Source: Yuukianura sp. NJ FZ-2021 | Lineage: Eukaryota | Assembly (NCBI GenBank): GCA_046563655.1 | Contig: CM102288.1 | Coordinates: forward strand, 4,340,001 to 4,404,000 | DNA: 64,000 bases | Direction of reading: 5' to 3' | Shown here: positions 38,201 to 50,264 of the stretch, in pieces | Layout: every line of letters starts with the position of its first letter | How positions within the stretch are numbered: position 1 is the first letter of the stretch | Translations under genes and position numbers: made by a program | The notes under the pieces: generated by a model | Seen by the model: the letters and a program-made list of their open reading frames with translations, nothing else | Databases searched by the model: none | Told to the model about the DNA's origin: nothing

Positions 38201-39926
38201 ATTCCGATTCAAAAAATTCTGTGTTTGAGTTGAACAGTTTTTGGAAACTTCAGGTCCTGAACACGTACGCATGCAAGAGAAAATTTCGAATGTTAAGAAG
38301 GTAGGGAATTTCTTTTTTTTTTTTTTGTATTAAAAATCGTTTTTGAATTATTTATAGTTTTTGAAAATTTGGACAGCAGAGGTGAACGACTTGTGTTGTT
38401 GAGGAAGTGACGATTGACACGGTAGCTGTCAATACTGTTGTATGTGCGGATGACGCATGTCATTTCCAAAAGCCTTTCTCCATAACCTCCCAATATTTCA
38501 AAATTCATCGACTTTTAAGCATCATGGGAGTCGTAAGTAGAACGAGAACTTTTTTCTTACTAGTTTTTTCCGCCTGTATGTGTTCAAACTTGCCAAATTT
38601 TGACACGACCGAATTCATCATCATCAACGGAAGCCTTTGCTGAGCTGCTTTGTTTTTGCATCCAACCGAAAAAGTCGCCCGGAAGCGCCTTTTTTTCGAA
38701 ATTGAAATTCTGGAGCTATTTTTTGCAAAATAAATTCTGAGAAGTGGAAGTAGAGCTCGACGCTTTAGTATGTGATGACAGAGGCAGTGACAATAGAAAA
38801 AGTACTTTTTTTTTGCAAGAAGAAAGAAGCAATTTGCAAAAAGTACTTTGAACTTCTCGCAAATAATTTTTCCTAAACTTCAAAAATATAATTTAGGGTC
38901 CTCATTTAAAGTAAAAATTGCAACCATATTTTTCCCACTGCAGTACTCGTCCGGGTCGTTTGAATTTTAAAAATAGCCGAAACTTTGACAAAGAAAAAAA
39001 AATCTGACTTTTTTTTTGCAAAAAAAAAATCCAATTTGCAAAAATCTCCGTTTTCTGCTCCAATTCTACCGAATAAATTTACTTTTAATCTAAGTCCTTC
39101 CATCATTAGTTTTTATTCCAAATTCAACCTGGATTCATCTGATTAACTTTTAACTCATTTTTTTTTTGCAAAACGCGCAATTTTTTTTTGCACAAGCTAA
39201 AAGAAAGCAGGCCAAAGGAACTTTGACGTCACTTGACACTTGCCTGTCCCTGTTTCAGTAGATTTGAATCTCCAATTGTCTGCTGTTTTCTACTTGTCAT
39301 CTTCATGTTTCTATTTTTAATGCGTAAAGTGCGTCTGTCTCCCACTGTGAAAGAAGAAGTGCGTTTGCCAATATTATTCGCACAAACGTCCAAAAGTGTT
39401 TTATGGGTGACAGTTTTAGGCAGATTGGAAAAAATAAGATAGAAATAATACAAAACTATAATTACTTACAGAGGGGGAAGAGCAGGCAAATCAGTATGTT
39501 TAGATATTTTTTAAAAGCTTTTTTGAAATCTAGTTCTTAAAAATGTAGATCTTTCTTAACTTTAGACGCATCTCATCAGATTTATTTATTTTTAATTTGA
39601 CATCATTTCTTTCTTAAACTAGTTTTTCGAAAAAGAAAAACTAAAAAACTGAGTCATCCACGTGCGACACCTTTGCAAAACTGTTAATCCACGCGTCCGT
39701 CATACTTTTTAGTTTTTCAAATGTTCTATCGGTTATATATTCGTTAGGTTTGCTAGATCGCATTGGTAGATTAAATCTAATTTCAATAATAATTTGTATT
39801 TTATTTCATTTTTGTTTTAAGTTTTTTCGAAATAACTTTTTATAAAGTTTTTGCATCATTTGCGGTTGGTTTGATCTTGGTTTTCTTTCTGTTTCAATTT
39901 TTCTCTTGAAAGTTTGACCTTTGACC

Positions 39927-41105
39927 TCATCCGATGAATGACTTGAGTAGAAGGCTCATTGCTTTTGACCTAGAAAACAAAAACGAGGATATTGACCTTT
40001 GACCTTTAAAGTAGTTTCGAAAAAGTAAAAGTTTTGTAATGTTTTTACGTTTCTTCAAAGAAGACGTCCTCGGTAATCATGCCTTCGCTGTGTCCAATTG
40101 GTGTCGGATTGTATCTTGCAATGCCCAGCATTTCCATTGCTAAAACCAGAAAAGTTCTAGTGTTATTTTAGTTTGACCTTTGACCTTCAGCGGAATTTTT
40201 ATGATTACATACCTGCTTTATACTGTTCAAGTGAAATAAACTTCTGTTGCTGCTTGTCAAACAGAGAGAACATGGCCAGGAGATGGTTTGGCTCAAACAC
40301 GACATCCAACTTTTCCATTTCGTTTTTGTCTCCACGACATTTGATCATTTGCTCACAAGTATCCTGGATGTACTCAAACGGGTCGTCTAGCAAAGGTCAA
40401 AGGTCAAATTTAAAGGTCACATGATGTCATTTTGTTGAAAATCATACCTGGAAGATGGATGCAAAGCAGCGTCAGCAAGTATTCCATGAGTTCCTCGATG
40501 TTGTGACCTTCAAAGTAGTCGTAAACTGCTTCTTCCGTTGTTTCTACTTCAGGAGGACAAAATGGCGGCCGTTGTTGTGACTCCGGTGGACCAAAGAACA
40601 GGAACATCCTATTGGACGCATCGTACATGATGTTAGGCTCTCCAGCTCCTTCTCCTGGACACTCCGGTGACCAATCAACACACGGATTCCATTTGTGGGC
40701 CGTCGGTGGTGGATTTCCTGGAATTTTCTTCTGGGCATTGGCAGGAAGCGGCGGTGAAAAAGTTGCAGTCATCTGAGGGCCCTTGGGACGTCCATGGCCC
40801 TTGCGCACTAGAATTGGTGCGCAGGTTGAGGTCATCCGAAGGTCATCGGGGTAGGCTGGACCAAGATTCGTTCCAGGCTTGAACAGGAGACTGCCGTAGG
40901 TGGATTCATCTGGAATGTCTTCAGTATTGGGACCACCTGAGAACCCGAGAGCCAATCCTCCAAAGGTATTGTTAATGGCTTGACCTGCTTTAGAATGATG
41001 CCGATTCCCGTGTTCGTCTTCGGTGGGCCCTTGACCTTTGACCTTCTTGTCACCAGCATTGAGGTCATCACGGTATAGAGATCGACGCAATCCTCCTGGT
41101 TCCAT
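39927..41105 (-). CDS. EFCAB10: EFCAB10-like protein (RIIa/DD-like domain plus EF-hand) with long Pro/Gly-rich N-terminus, 4 exons
   Basis: YFEGHNIEELMEYLLTLLCIHLPDDPFEYI...AMFSLFD..QQKFISLEQYKAAMEMLG. Confidence 0.72.
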
Positions 41106-41653
41106 TTTCAGTTTGAATGGAAAAACGTTTTGCTCAAATCGGTCAAGCACTGGATGATCCCGATTCTCAAAAAAACTCAAGTTTGAAATAACTTTCAAAA
41201 AAGCGAAAAACAAACTATCCTCTCGGAAGACAAGCAAAAAAAAAACAGCAAAAGGCCAAAGGTCACGGTTTGTTTGTTTTCAGGATAAAAAGTAAGTTTG
41301 TTGTTGTTAGAGGCTACGTTCAAGAAATTCTTAGTTGCTCAAAATGAAAAAGTCAAGAATTTGGAAAAGATTTTTAAAGATTGCGGAAAGAAAGACGAGC
41401 AGTTTTGTTTTTGAGGAAAAGTCAGTTTTTAGATTTTTATTTTTGAGTTTTTATTGGTGTATTGTAGAAATTAGGTATTAATAATAATTTATTGTAAATA
41501 AATAACGTTACCCTACGTCAGACTACGTGTTTGCATAACTCGAGTCTCGCATGGCAAAACGATACAAGTCCAACTCGTGTCACACATGCCGGTTGTGTTT
41601 GGCGTACGTGATATTTACATTGTAGTTTTCTGTGATGAGGTCATGGCTGCTGT

Positions 41654-42297
41654 TTACTTTTGAATGCTGACTGGGATCTCCTTTGCCTTGGCTGCTTCTG
41701 GTTCCGGCGGAAGCGGGGCCTCAACTTGAAGAATTCCTTCCGCTGACAGCTGAGACTTGACCTGAAGTGGGTCAATGTGGTCAGGAAGAGTAAACTTCTG
41801 AGTCAGTTCTTGGTAAACCTGCATAAAAGAAGTATTTCAAAAATTGAATTTTCAAATTCTGGCTTATGTATGTTAGTTTTATGGAAATGATCGTATACCC
41901 TTGAGTGTCCATCTTCAGAAGTGTGGTCATACTTGGCTTCGACAGTGAGGACACGATCTTTGAGTGACACTTTGATATTTTCTGGAGCAAATCCATGTCC
42001 CATGTAAACGTTCATCTGATACTTCCCGTCCAGTTCCGATTCGTACATCGTCATGGGTCTCGTTCGATCTGAAAATACTGTCGGGAGGATGGAGCGACGT
42101 TGTGCCCAGGCAGAGTTGACCTCACGTTCCAATTGCTCAAACTGACGAGCCATGTCACGGAAGTGTAGATCCAGATCTGTTACATTGCTGGTCCAAGGAA
42201 CTGGAAATCGTGGACGACGAAAGAAGAACGTCCGCTGTGGCTGGAGAGTCAGAACATGGCGCCTCAACGGCACACAAACTGCACGACACGCCTGCAT
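41654..42297 (-). CDS. Small heat shock protein (HSP20/alpha-crystallin), probable mitochondrial presequence
   Basis: GFAPENIKVSLKDRVLTVEAKYD, FTLPD..D...VKSQLSAEGILQVEAP, C-terminal IPV; Arg-rich, acid-free N-terminus. Confidence 0.92.
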
Positions 42298-42711
42298 TAT
42301 GGTTTGTCAAGGTCCGCAAAACCTGCAAATTCAATCAGATCAAAAGGATCAGTGCAAAAGATCGATCAGTTGATACGTTATAGACATTTTGCTTGTTAAT
42401 TTGCAATTTTATTTTCAAGGTGACCCAAAGTAACTAGTATTAGCTTTTTACACTTACAACTAATGTTGTGCTTTTCTGTGGTTTCAGCAACTCTATGTCA
42501 ACAGTTTTACGTTGACAGCTAAATAATAGTACAATTCAACCTCCTATTCAGTAGACACTGCTTGTTGATTTCTTTCAACAATGAGTGAATGACAATTAAT
42601 TGGAAAATGCGAGGTCAAAGGCGAAATCACTATTTCCTTCAAGCACGTTGTTCGGTGTTCAATTCTCTTTTGTCAGCTTTTTGTTTGTTGAATTGCGATC
42701 CAAATGGGTCT

Positions 42712-42768
42712 GATTATATACTTCTTGCAAGGCAACCTAGAACTTTCGTCATCCTTCCAGAAGATTCT
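42712..42768 (-). promoter_or_regulatory. Heat-shock element and TATA box of the sHSP gene
   Basis: In-phase nGAAn/nTTCn pentamers at 42740, 42745, 42755, 42760, 42765; TATATAA on the minus strand at about 42714-42720. Confidence 0.8.
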
Positions 42769-43390
42769 CGTGGTTCTATGGAAGTAACTAAAAGTAAAAG
42801 TCGAGATGAATCTGGAAAATGCAGAGAAGAAAACAAATGACACATGACAGAGAGAGGAAAAACGATTTTGTTAACCGCTCTGATGGAATGCAACTTTAAA
42901 AAAATGACGGTAAATCGGTGTCGGTGAAAGGAAAATTATTTTTTAAATTTGAATTTTTTTTCCAATTTCACTGCATTTCTTTCTTTCGGAAGAAATCTTT
43001 CGGAATTTGTCGATTTGCCCGTATCGGTTCATTTGAAAAACAGGGAAAGCTGGGCAAACTGAACGGAATATGAAAGTTCTAAAAAATTCAGTCCGATTGA
43101 CCTTGAGTGACCTCGAGAATGCTTCTGCTGATTGGAACAAATATCAAGAACGTGAACAGTTTTAGATGCGATGGAAGTGGAAAGAAGCAAAGTGCAAAAA
43201 AGATGCAGTTGCACTCTTGCACTTGGGGATCACAATCAGCTGATTCTTTTCGAATCTTGAAGTTTTGAAATTAGAGTGGTCGGCTTGTGATACAAAGTTT
43301 AATTATAATACATTTTAATTAATAATTCAGTAATTGGTTGATGAAGTTGAATTTGGAGGACCGCTGCATTCCTGTTTCCAGTTGTAACTT

Positions 43391-44318
43391 ATGGATGACT
43401 CGGGTCGTGACCCGGGTCGTTCCAATGTCACACCACAACAGGGTATCATCGGTTCCAGGAAAAGTGCATTCCAGCCTTACAAGGTACTAATTGACACTCA
43501 ATATTTGCTTTCTTCAACATCTTACCTAAATGATGCAGCAATATTTTTAATGTACAGGATTTGTTTTTTTTTATCCGCAGCCGATAACCATTTTGACTAA
43601 TTTACAAAGAGGAAATGTGAAAACAACGAATCGGGAGGTCACTGCTCAACCTTTGACCTTCCACGAAAAGGCAGCTCGCGGAGAACTGGCAAACGAGGAA
43701 GTTAACAGTAAGTTACACTTTTTTCAGAATAATCAGCGATTTTAACTGAACTTGTTACTTTCCTTTCCAGGTTCCAATGTCAACTTGGCCGACGACACTG
43801 GGAAGACAGCGTTGACTTGGGCAGCATATCATGCTCGCCTACCTACGGTACAAATGCTTATCGAAAAAGGAGCCAACGTTAACATCCTCGGCAAGCGATT
43901 GGACAGTCCGCTTATGTACGCTGCTGCTAACGGGTAGCCTTGGAACAAAGCTAAAAATTAATGATTGATAATCGTCAAAGTCACAAGTTCCTTAATTTGT
44001 AGTCACCTGGCTGTGATTAATTACCTCCTGCTAAAAGGAGCTAACGTGGATGAAACCGACATTGATGGAAACACACCCCTGATGTTTGCTACGTTAGGAA
44101 ATCATGCACAAAGTATTACACGTCTACTACAATCAGGAGCGTCGTTGACCCATGTAAATTGCAACGGCGACAACTGCTTCTCAATTGCCGTTGCTCGACG
44201 TCTCCTAGCGGCACAACATGCGATGGAGAATTTCATTCGTGAATTCATTGAGTCCAACTGTATCCAAGTCAAAACTGAGCAGGAGGAAGTCAATGATGGT
44301 CTCACCATGGAAAGTTAA
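43391..44318 (+). CDS. ANKRA2: Ankyrin repeat protein ANKRA2/RFXANK family (4 exons)
   Basis: SAFQPYK, ILTNLQRGN, LTFHEKAARGE, ankyrin repeats GKTALTWAA, SPLMYAA, GNTPLMFA. Confidence 0.8.
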
Positions 44319-44395
44319 GATCAGTACAATTTTAAACCTGGAATTTTTATTTGGAATTTGAACTTGTACAAAAATCTTTGTCTTCTCACCTTGTA

Positions 44396-45416
44396 TTAAA
44401 TGTCGCTTGAATCTTTAGAAGAACAATTCTCAGTATTTTCAATTCGATTACTAGCTGGTCTTCTACTTTCCGGATAGCACTTCAGTTTAGGTGTGAATCC
44501 AGTTCTACTTGGTAAACCAGCTTGGATCGCTTCAGTCCAGTTTCTCGTTTCGTACCATTTGAGGATTATGTCCACTACTTGATTCACAGCTAAGACTAAT
44601 TTGGACGTTCCTTGCTGACTAAATTCAAAGTGTTCCAGGATGGGCAATCGAGCCGAAACGATTGACTGAGACTGACTAAATGACTGCGTAACGTTCTTCT
44701 GTATAGTTTCGTCAACGAGACCACCAATGACATAGATTTTGCTTGGATCGAAGCCTTCTAAGGCTTCTGGAGCATCCGGACTTAGGTAGACGAGTTGGTC
44801 GTAGAACTGAGGCAATGGAAACAGTTCCAGGAAAGATTTGTCGCTGCGGTCGACCGTGTAATTGGCAAATCCAGGATTCATTTGGCAGCAAGTTTCGAAA
44901 AAGGCTGAAGATTCGTCCAGTGAAGTGAAATGGAGATGCAGGGGTGCAGCAGCGGCTTTATTTGAAGCGTAGACACGACACAACTGCTGACACAAACGAC
45001 GTTGTTCCTTATTACTCATCTTCGTGGTAAATTGACAATCGATTACTACTTGTGGACCACTTTCTTGGGCTTTCAGCAACTTTTCGGCTATCTTGACCTA
45101 CAAAAATCAAAAGAAACGCTAAACTGTCTATGACCTATGACCGGATGTGAAACTGCTTATTCCAGTAAGTTAAGGTGTTTACCTTTTCGTCAATATGACG
45201 TCTTTGCCTGCCACCTTGTTTCCGGACACTACGTTCATGTTGTTTCTTAATCCGTCGGTTATGGAGGATTCGTTCATAATTTCTAAGTTTTCTCAACTTG
45301 TTTTTTGACAGTTTTTCTGACGTGACCTCAGGTGTTGGTGACCCGGATTCCATTTCGGTCTCTTCGGAATGTGCTACCCCGTGGGGAACAAGTACTGTCG
45401 CTTCTTCAGCGTCCAT
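44396..45416 (-). CDS. TRMT10B: tRNA m1R9 methyltransferase TRM10 homolog B-like (2 exons)
   Basis: LVYLSPDA, IYVIGGLVDETIQK, ARLPI, LAVNQVVDII, RVYASNK. Confidence 0.85.
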
Positions 45417-45725
45417 CTTCCAGCGCAGTCGCTGTGTCAACCTGTTTTCAAAATAGACGCTGAGAATCTTCGACTTGAAACGAAAGGTCAAATTTTTTCA
45501 CCAACTTTGCAAAAGTTTTTCTACTTTTTACTAATTTGGAGAAATTCCCGCACAGAAAATTTAATTTTGCAAGCACAGATCCTGAAAACTCATGCGAACT
45601 TTTGGTAGCAAGGTACTCTGAAAAATTGCCGGTCTGAAAATTTCAGACTGAAATTCACGTATTCATTGACTATGATTAATTTATTTTATTTACTCATTTC
45701 GAAGTTCAATTCTAAAAAAGTGGAT

Positions 45726-47766
45726 TCATACTGAAATTGTTACTGAATTCGGCTCCTGCAAATTCGCAACGCCGACTTCCCTCTGTTCAATTCTTTTGGC
45801 AATTTTGCGAGAACGCTGACTCCGAACAGTGGCACGCGCATAAGGTAAAATGGCTGGAATGACAACGAACAGCAGCACAAAAATTCCAGTGTAGCAGACG
45901 TTGACTAGACTTGATAGACAAGGGGACTCTGTACCGGCAGAGGTCAAGGTCACTCCAAGCCCAATTGACATCAACGCAACCGTTTCAATCCAGATGAACC
46001 AAAATACCTAATCAAGATTTCAAAATTTTGAAATCAATTCTCTATTTAAATATTTGAGTTAATTGTTCTACCCAAAGCGGATGACTCATTGGAAAGAAAA
46101 TGGTGGCCATGTAACCAGAAAGTGTTCCGCACAATGACAGTCTTCCGAATTGACCCGGAGATTCCCGACCTCTTCTGACCCGGCTCAAATGATAAAAGTA
46201 GTCCACCAATGTAAATCCAAATCTCGGAAGCGTTATTACCAAAAGACCAACGACGACAGACATCGATGACCCCAAAGTACATCGAAGTGAAGTCAAAAAG
46301 TAGGTCAGTGCCATCGTCCTTGACCCTAAAATATTCAAACATCAATTTTCGGAATCACAATTTTTTTGTGTTTTTAATTTTTTCCAAAATTACCAAAACT
46401 GGAAATCATTCGAATTCCAAGGAAGACACGCGAAACTGGAGAGTAGATTCCTTTTCTGACAGAAGTGGCTACCATGTCACTCCTTCCAGGAAGATTTGCA
46501 ATTGTCATGACCATAAGCGAAAGAATGACACTGGCCAAGGTCAATGACCCTTTGCCAAACGTTATGTCACCCGAAGTCTCCATTAAAATTGCAAGTTGCA
46601 GCGTAGCTTGTGGAGCAGACTGGAAGAATCCCTGAACTCTTGACAAACTTTGTGCGAATTCCTCAATTGCAAAAAAGTGGACGCTGTAAACTTGTTCTCT
46701 GTTGGCTTTGAAAGCAGAGCGAACAGCATAGTACGAACTGCAAATAACATCAAAGGTCAAAGGTCAATTCTAAAAAAATTGAAATTTCATAAGAATTACC
46801 TCAGAATTGTCCCCAGAGGCGGAAAGCAATTGACCAAAATTTGAATTCGTCTGCCATGTCTGAACAGACGATCCAATCGATCTTTCCTGTTTGCAAAACA
46901 TGAAACCAAAATTTTCTAAAACTGTTTGGAAATTTTGAAATTTTGAAAAACTTACTCTGCCTGGTTGAACTGACCCAGCACACCGAAACTTCCAAGAACT
47001 AAAATGAAGAAAGTAAGAGCAGAACACCATTTGAAATTGTATTCGCCACCTCCGTCGTCCCAGTAGTACCAACATGCCAGCGTTGCGTCGACGCAGAAGC
47101 TCAGAAGGTGTGACACGAAGATGGCTGCAGTAAATATGACATCCTCAGTTCTTACTCCAGTGGAGTTCTGGGTTGAAACGTTCACGAAGTCTCCGGATGG
47201 TCGCCGTGGCTCCGGCGTAGAACGGTCGCCTCTCCACGACTTCCTTGTCTGTTCCTCCTGCAGTGATTTTGCCAATTTCCCAATGTCCAGTCGATCCTCA
47301 TCAGAATCAAATCCAAACGATAAGTTACTGATTGACCTCCTCTTTTTCTGCAAGTCTTCTGGTGACCTTTGACCTTTGGGGGGCAGTTTCACCTCTTGCT
47401 CAGTGCTTAAACTAGGAGGTCTATTCCTCTTGGCTTGTGCAAATCTCTGGTCAAATTCGATTTCACTTTCGTCATTATCCGAAAACGGAGTGAAGGGGTT
47501 GTGAATTCGGTTCGTACCGTTACTGGAAATGGCCAAATCGAATCTCGCTTCTGCAAAAAATAAAATATAAATCGAAAATAATTTCGCATTAAAAGTTGTT
47601 TTTAAATTCTAAATTGCAACTTTTTTGAAGAAATTTTGGTACCGGGATTTGCAAAAGGATTCGAAGGTATTCGATTTTGTGGCCTAGAAAACAGTATGTC
47701 TTCTGCTTCTTCCGGATTCTCTGAAGGCACGACTGCTTCCATATGCTTCGCTTGAAGCGGGTCCAT
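45726..47766 (-). CDS. XK-related membrane protein (putative scramblase), multi-exon
   Basis: D..LA..YY, SAPQATLQL, multiple TM segments, YFGVIDV, IWIET; long cytoplasmic N-terminus. Confidence 0.75.
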
Positions 47767-48762
47767 CTTCACGATTGCAAATTTTGCAAAAATTCAGAAA
47801 AAGAAAGACAAGCCTCAACAACTTCTATTTCTTTTTGGAAACCGAATGTGCAGACGAAGAGCCAAGCGAATTAAATGCCTGGATGTGAAGGGTTTAATTT
47901 TGTACTTTTTTGCAATGCTGTTTTTGCAAAAATCCAAGAATATCAATGCTGTTGTCGTTTTTTTAAATAGACCGACACGGTTCAAGACAAAAGAACTGAC
48001 AGACTTTGGACAATCGATTCGCAAAAAAACTGAAAATGTGCAAAAACGATGCTGAGATGGAGATGGCCCAGCCAGACACCAGTATATCACTTTGCAAAAT
48101 TCAATGCGAAATTCCAGAGATGCTAATTAGATTAGCCACTCGCCTAAAAAATTGCAACTTCTATTAGATGCGTCTCCTCTCTCGTTACTGCGAATTCTAG
48201 CAGATGAGACTTCCAGATTGAGTAGAAGTGAGTAGTTTAGAGTTAGTAACGGTGTGTTAGTAAACTTTAAATGATTGTTAAAAGTCCGTAACTCTTTAGG
48301 TGATGAATTAGTTATGAACAGGAGGTTAGAATGATAATAGAGAAGATTAGATGATGAATAGCCACTATGCAGAGTCACACGCTAAAAACATCACTCTAAA
48401 GCTCACCTCAGCTTCATGAAACTCTCCTCTTACGTTTTATTCTGCAAATTGCCAATTTTTGTAAGCAGTATTTGCCAAGGTAGGAGGAGATCACAATACA
48501 ACTACCCATTGTTCGTTTTTTTGCAAAATAATTTCTACTTATCTCCCACGCAGGGGAGGAAAAAGTGAATTTGCAGAAGCACTTTTTAGTATTACTTTTA
48601 TAAAAAGCATTTTTAGTCTGTCTATATCTCTTGTGATGTGATTCACTAATTACTATTTGGTAATTATCAGTTGCAAAACGATTAACTAATCCACTGCCAC
48701 AGGAAAGCGGAAATTAGAGTCATAAACATTTCCAGGGTCAAAGCATTAGCTTTTGTCTCTTA

Positions 48763-49020
48763 TTTTTGCTTGAAGCCAAAAATTCAAAAGGTGTTTTCCT
48801 GTTTCTGCTTGAAGGCAAAAAAGTCAAAAGCAAACGTTTTGCCCTTTTTCTGGAAGGGAAGAAGTCAAAAGGTTTTGTAGTTTTTTGCTTGAAGGCAAAA
48901 ATGAAAAAGGTTTTGTCCTTTTTGCTTGAAGGCAAGAAATTAAAAGGTTTTGTAGTGTTTTGCTTGAAGGCAAAAATTCGAAAGGTTTTGTCGTTTTTCT
49001 GATTGAAGGCAAAAATACAA
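48763..49020. repeat. Tandem repeat, about 38-bp unit, 7 copies, with palindromic core TTTTGC-TTGAAG-GCAAAA
   Basis: Units start near 48763, 48802, 48845, 48881, 48919, 48958, 48994. Confidence 0.9.
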
Positions 49021-49091
49021 AAATCTTAAACTTTGTAATTCTTTGTTGTTTTGACCTCTTTTTAATAACTTTTTTTTTCTTGAATTGCAAA

Positions 49092-49955
49092 TTATGAAGT
49101 GTCAAATCGAAAATACAGAAAATGGTTTCCTCTTCTACAAGTTGCTGCCGTAGTGTTTCCATCGAAGCTCAAAGCTTTAAAATCGTATACCATGTATTCC
49201 TTTGCCTCTTTTCCGCTCCAGTTTGACCCTTCATCGGTCACTTCTGTATCGCGTTCCTCCATTTCGTCTTCCGTACCGGTTCCGGAACTTTTGCCGAACA
49301 GTTCCGACATTGCTTTGTAAAAGAAGATTCGTTCAAGTCGGTCAAGTTCCGGTTTTTGGTTGAATGGATGCCACTCCAGTCGCTCCTGAATTTTTGTTCT
49401 CAGTTCCTCTGGGCCCTCTTCAGCCAAATACTTGAGGTCAACTTTCAAGGTCACTCCGACGGCAGCAAAGGCTTCACGAATTGAACATGAGGGGAGTGGG
49501 GTACTTGCAGGGGGGTCAGCCGCCCAGGGGTCACTTCCCTCTTTTTGTGGATAAGCTCTGCAAAACAGTTTCCAGAAGGTCTGCAACTGATGGGAATTCC
49601 AGGGAGTTCGCCAGTAGGAAGGATAGAAGGCTTCGTCAAATTGTTCCCGCGAAGAAAATGTTTTTTGGTGAAGGGCTCCCACTTGAAGGGCCCAGTCTCC
49701 GTGACTAGTGGCCTTGAACTTTTTGGAAGAAATGGAAGTGGGGGGTCGGGGGGAAGTCAAGGTCAAAAGGTCACGGTGCTCATCCGGCTCTATTTTTCCG
49801 CCAAGGATCGTGTCAGGGAAAATTTGAACTCGGCCGTTTTCGATTTCCAAAATACGCGGGAAGTAGCGAGCAGCACTGCGACTGCCACAGTTTGTCAGTT
49901 CTTTCATTTGGGCCAGGTATGGATTCGTAATAAACAAATTTTCAATTGTGCACAT
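49092..49955 (-). CDS. Uncharacterised protein, long uninterrupted ORF (about 287 aa from first ATG)
   Basis: About 900-bp open frame with coding-like GC content in an AT-rich background; no recognised domain; 5' end uncertain. Confidence 0.65.
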   Translation of the reverse strand: MCTIENLFITNPYLAQMKELTNCGSRSAARYFPRILEIENGRVQIFPDTILGGKIEPDEHRDLLTLTSPRPPTSISSKKFKATSHGDWALQVGALHQKTFSSREQFDEAFYPSYWRTPWNSHQLQTFWKLFCRAYPQKEGSDPWAADPPASTPLPSCSIREAFAAVGVTLKVDLKYLAEEGPEELRTKIQERLEWHPFNQKPELDRLERIFFYKAMSELFGKSSGTGTEDEMEERDTEVTDEGSNWSGKEAKEYMVYDFKALSFDGNTTAATCRRGNHFLYFRFDTS

Positions 49956-50264
49956 GTTGAGGTCAAAGGTCAATGATTCTAAATCGAATCGGTGTGACAA
50001 AAAAAAAAGGATGGAGAAACTTATTACGAACCAAAGCTCACGACGACGTTTCTAAGAACTAGACTTTCGCCTGACGCTAAATTCCAACAATTTTGTATTT
50101 AGTTCTAGCAATTTGATTAACAAAATTTCGTCAAGATAGTGTTTTGTGTACTATAACTTTTGGGAAAAGTTGGTTTGAAATGTCCTTTTCGCAGCAGAGT
50201 TTTTGCAACTTTTCTGAAATTGCGAAAGCAAGTGAAATTTGGCCAAACAATAGGAATTCGCATT

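Noticed and set aside
35300..39900. Short ORFs in the 4.6-kb gap
   Set aside because: AT-rich, Phe/Lys-biased translations with mostly non-ATG starts and no coherent exon chain; treated as intergenic
48763..49020. CRISPR-like array of palindromic repeats
   Set aside because: The sequences between the cores are themselves similar and short, there are no unique spacers or cas genes, and the context is eukaryotic
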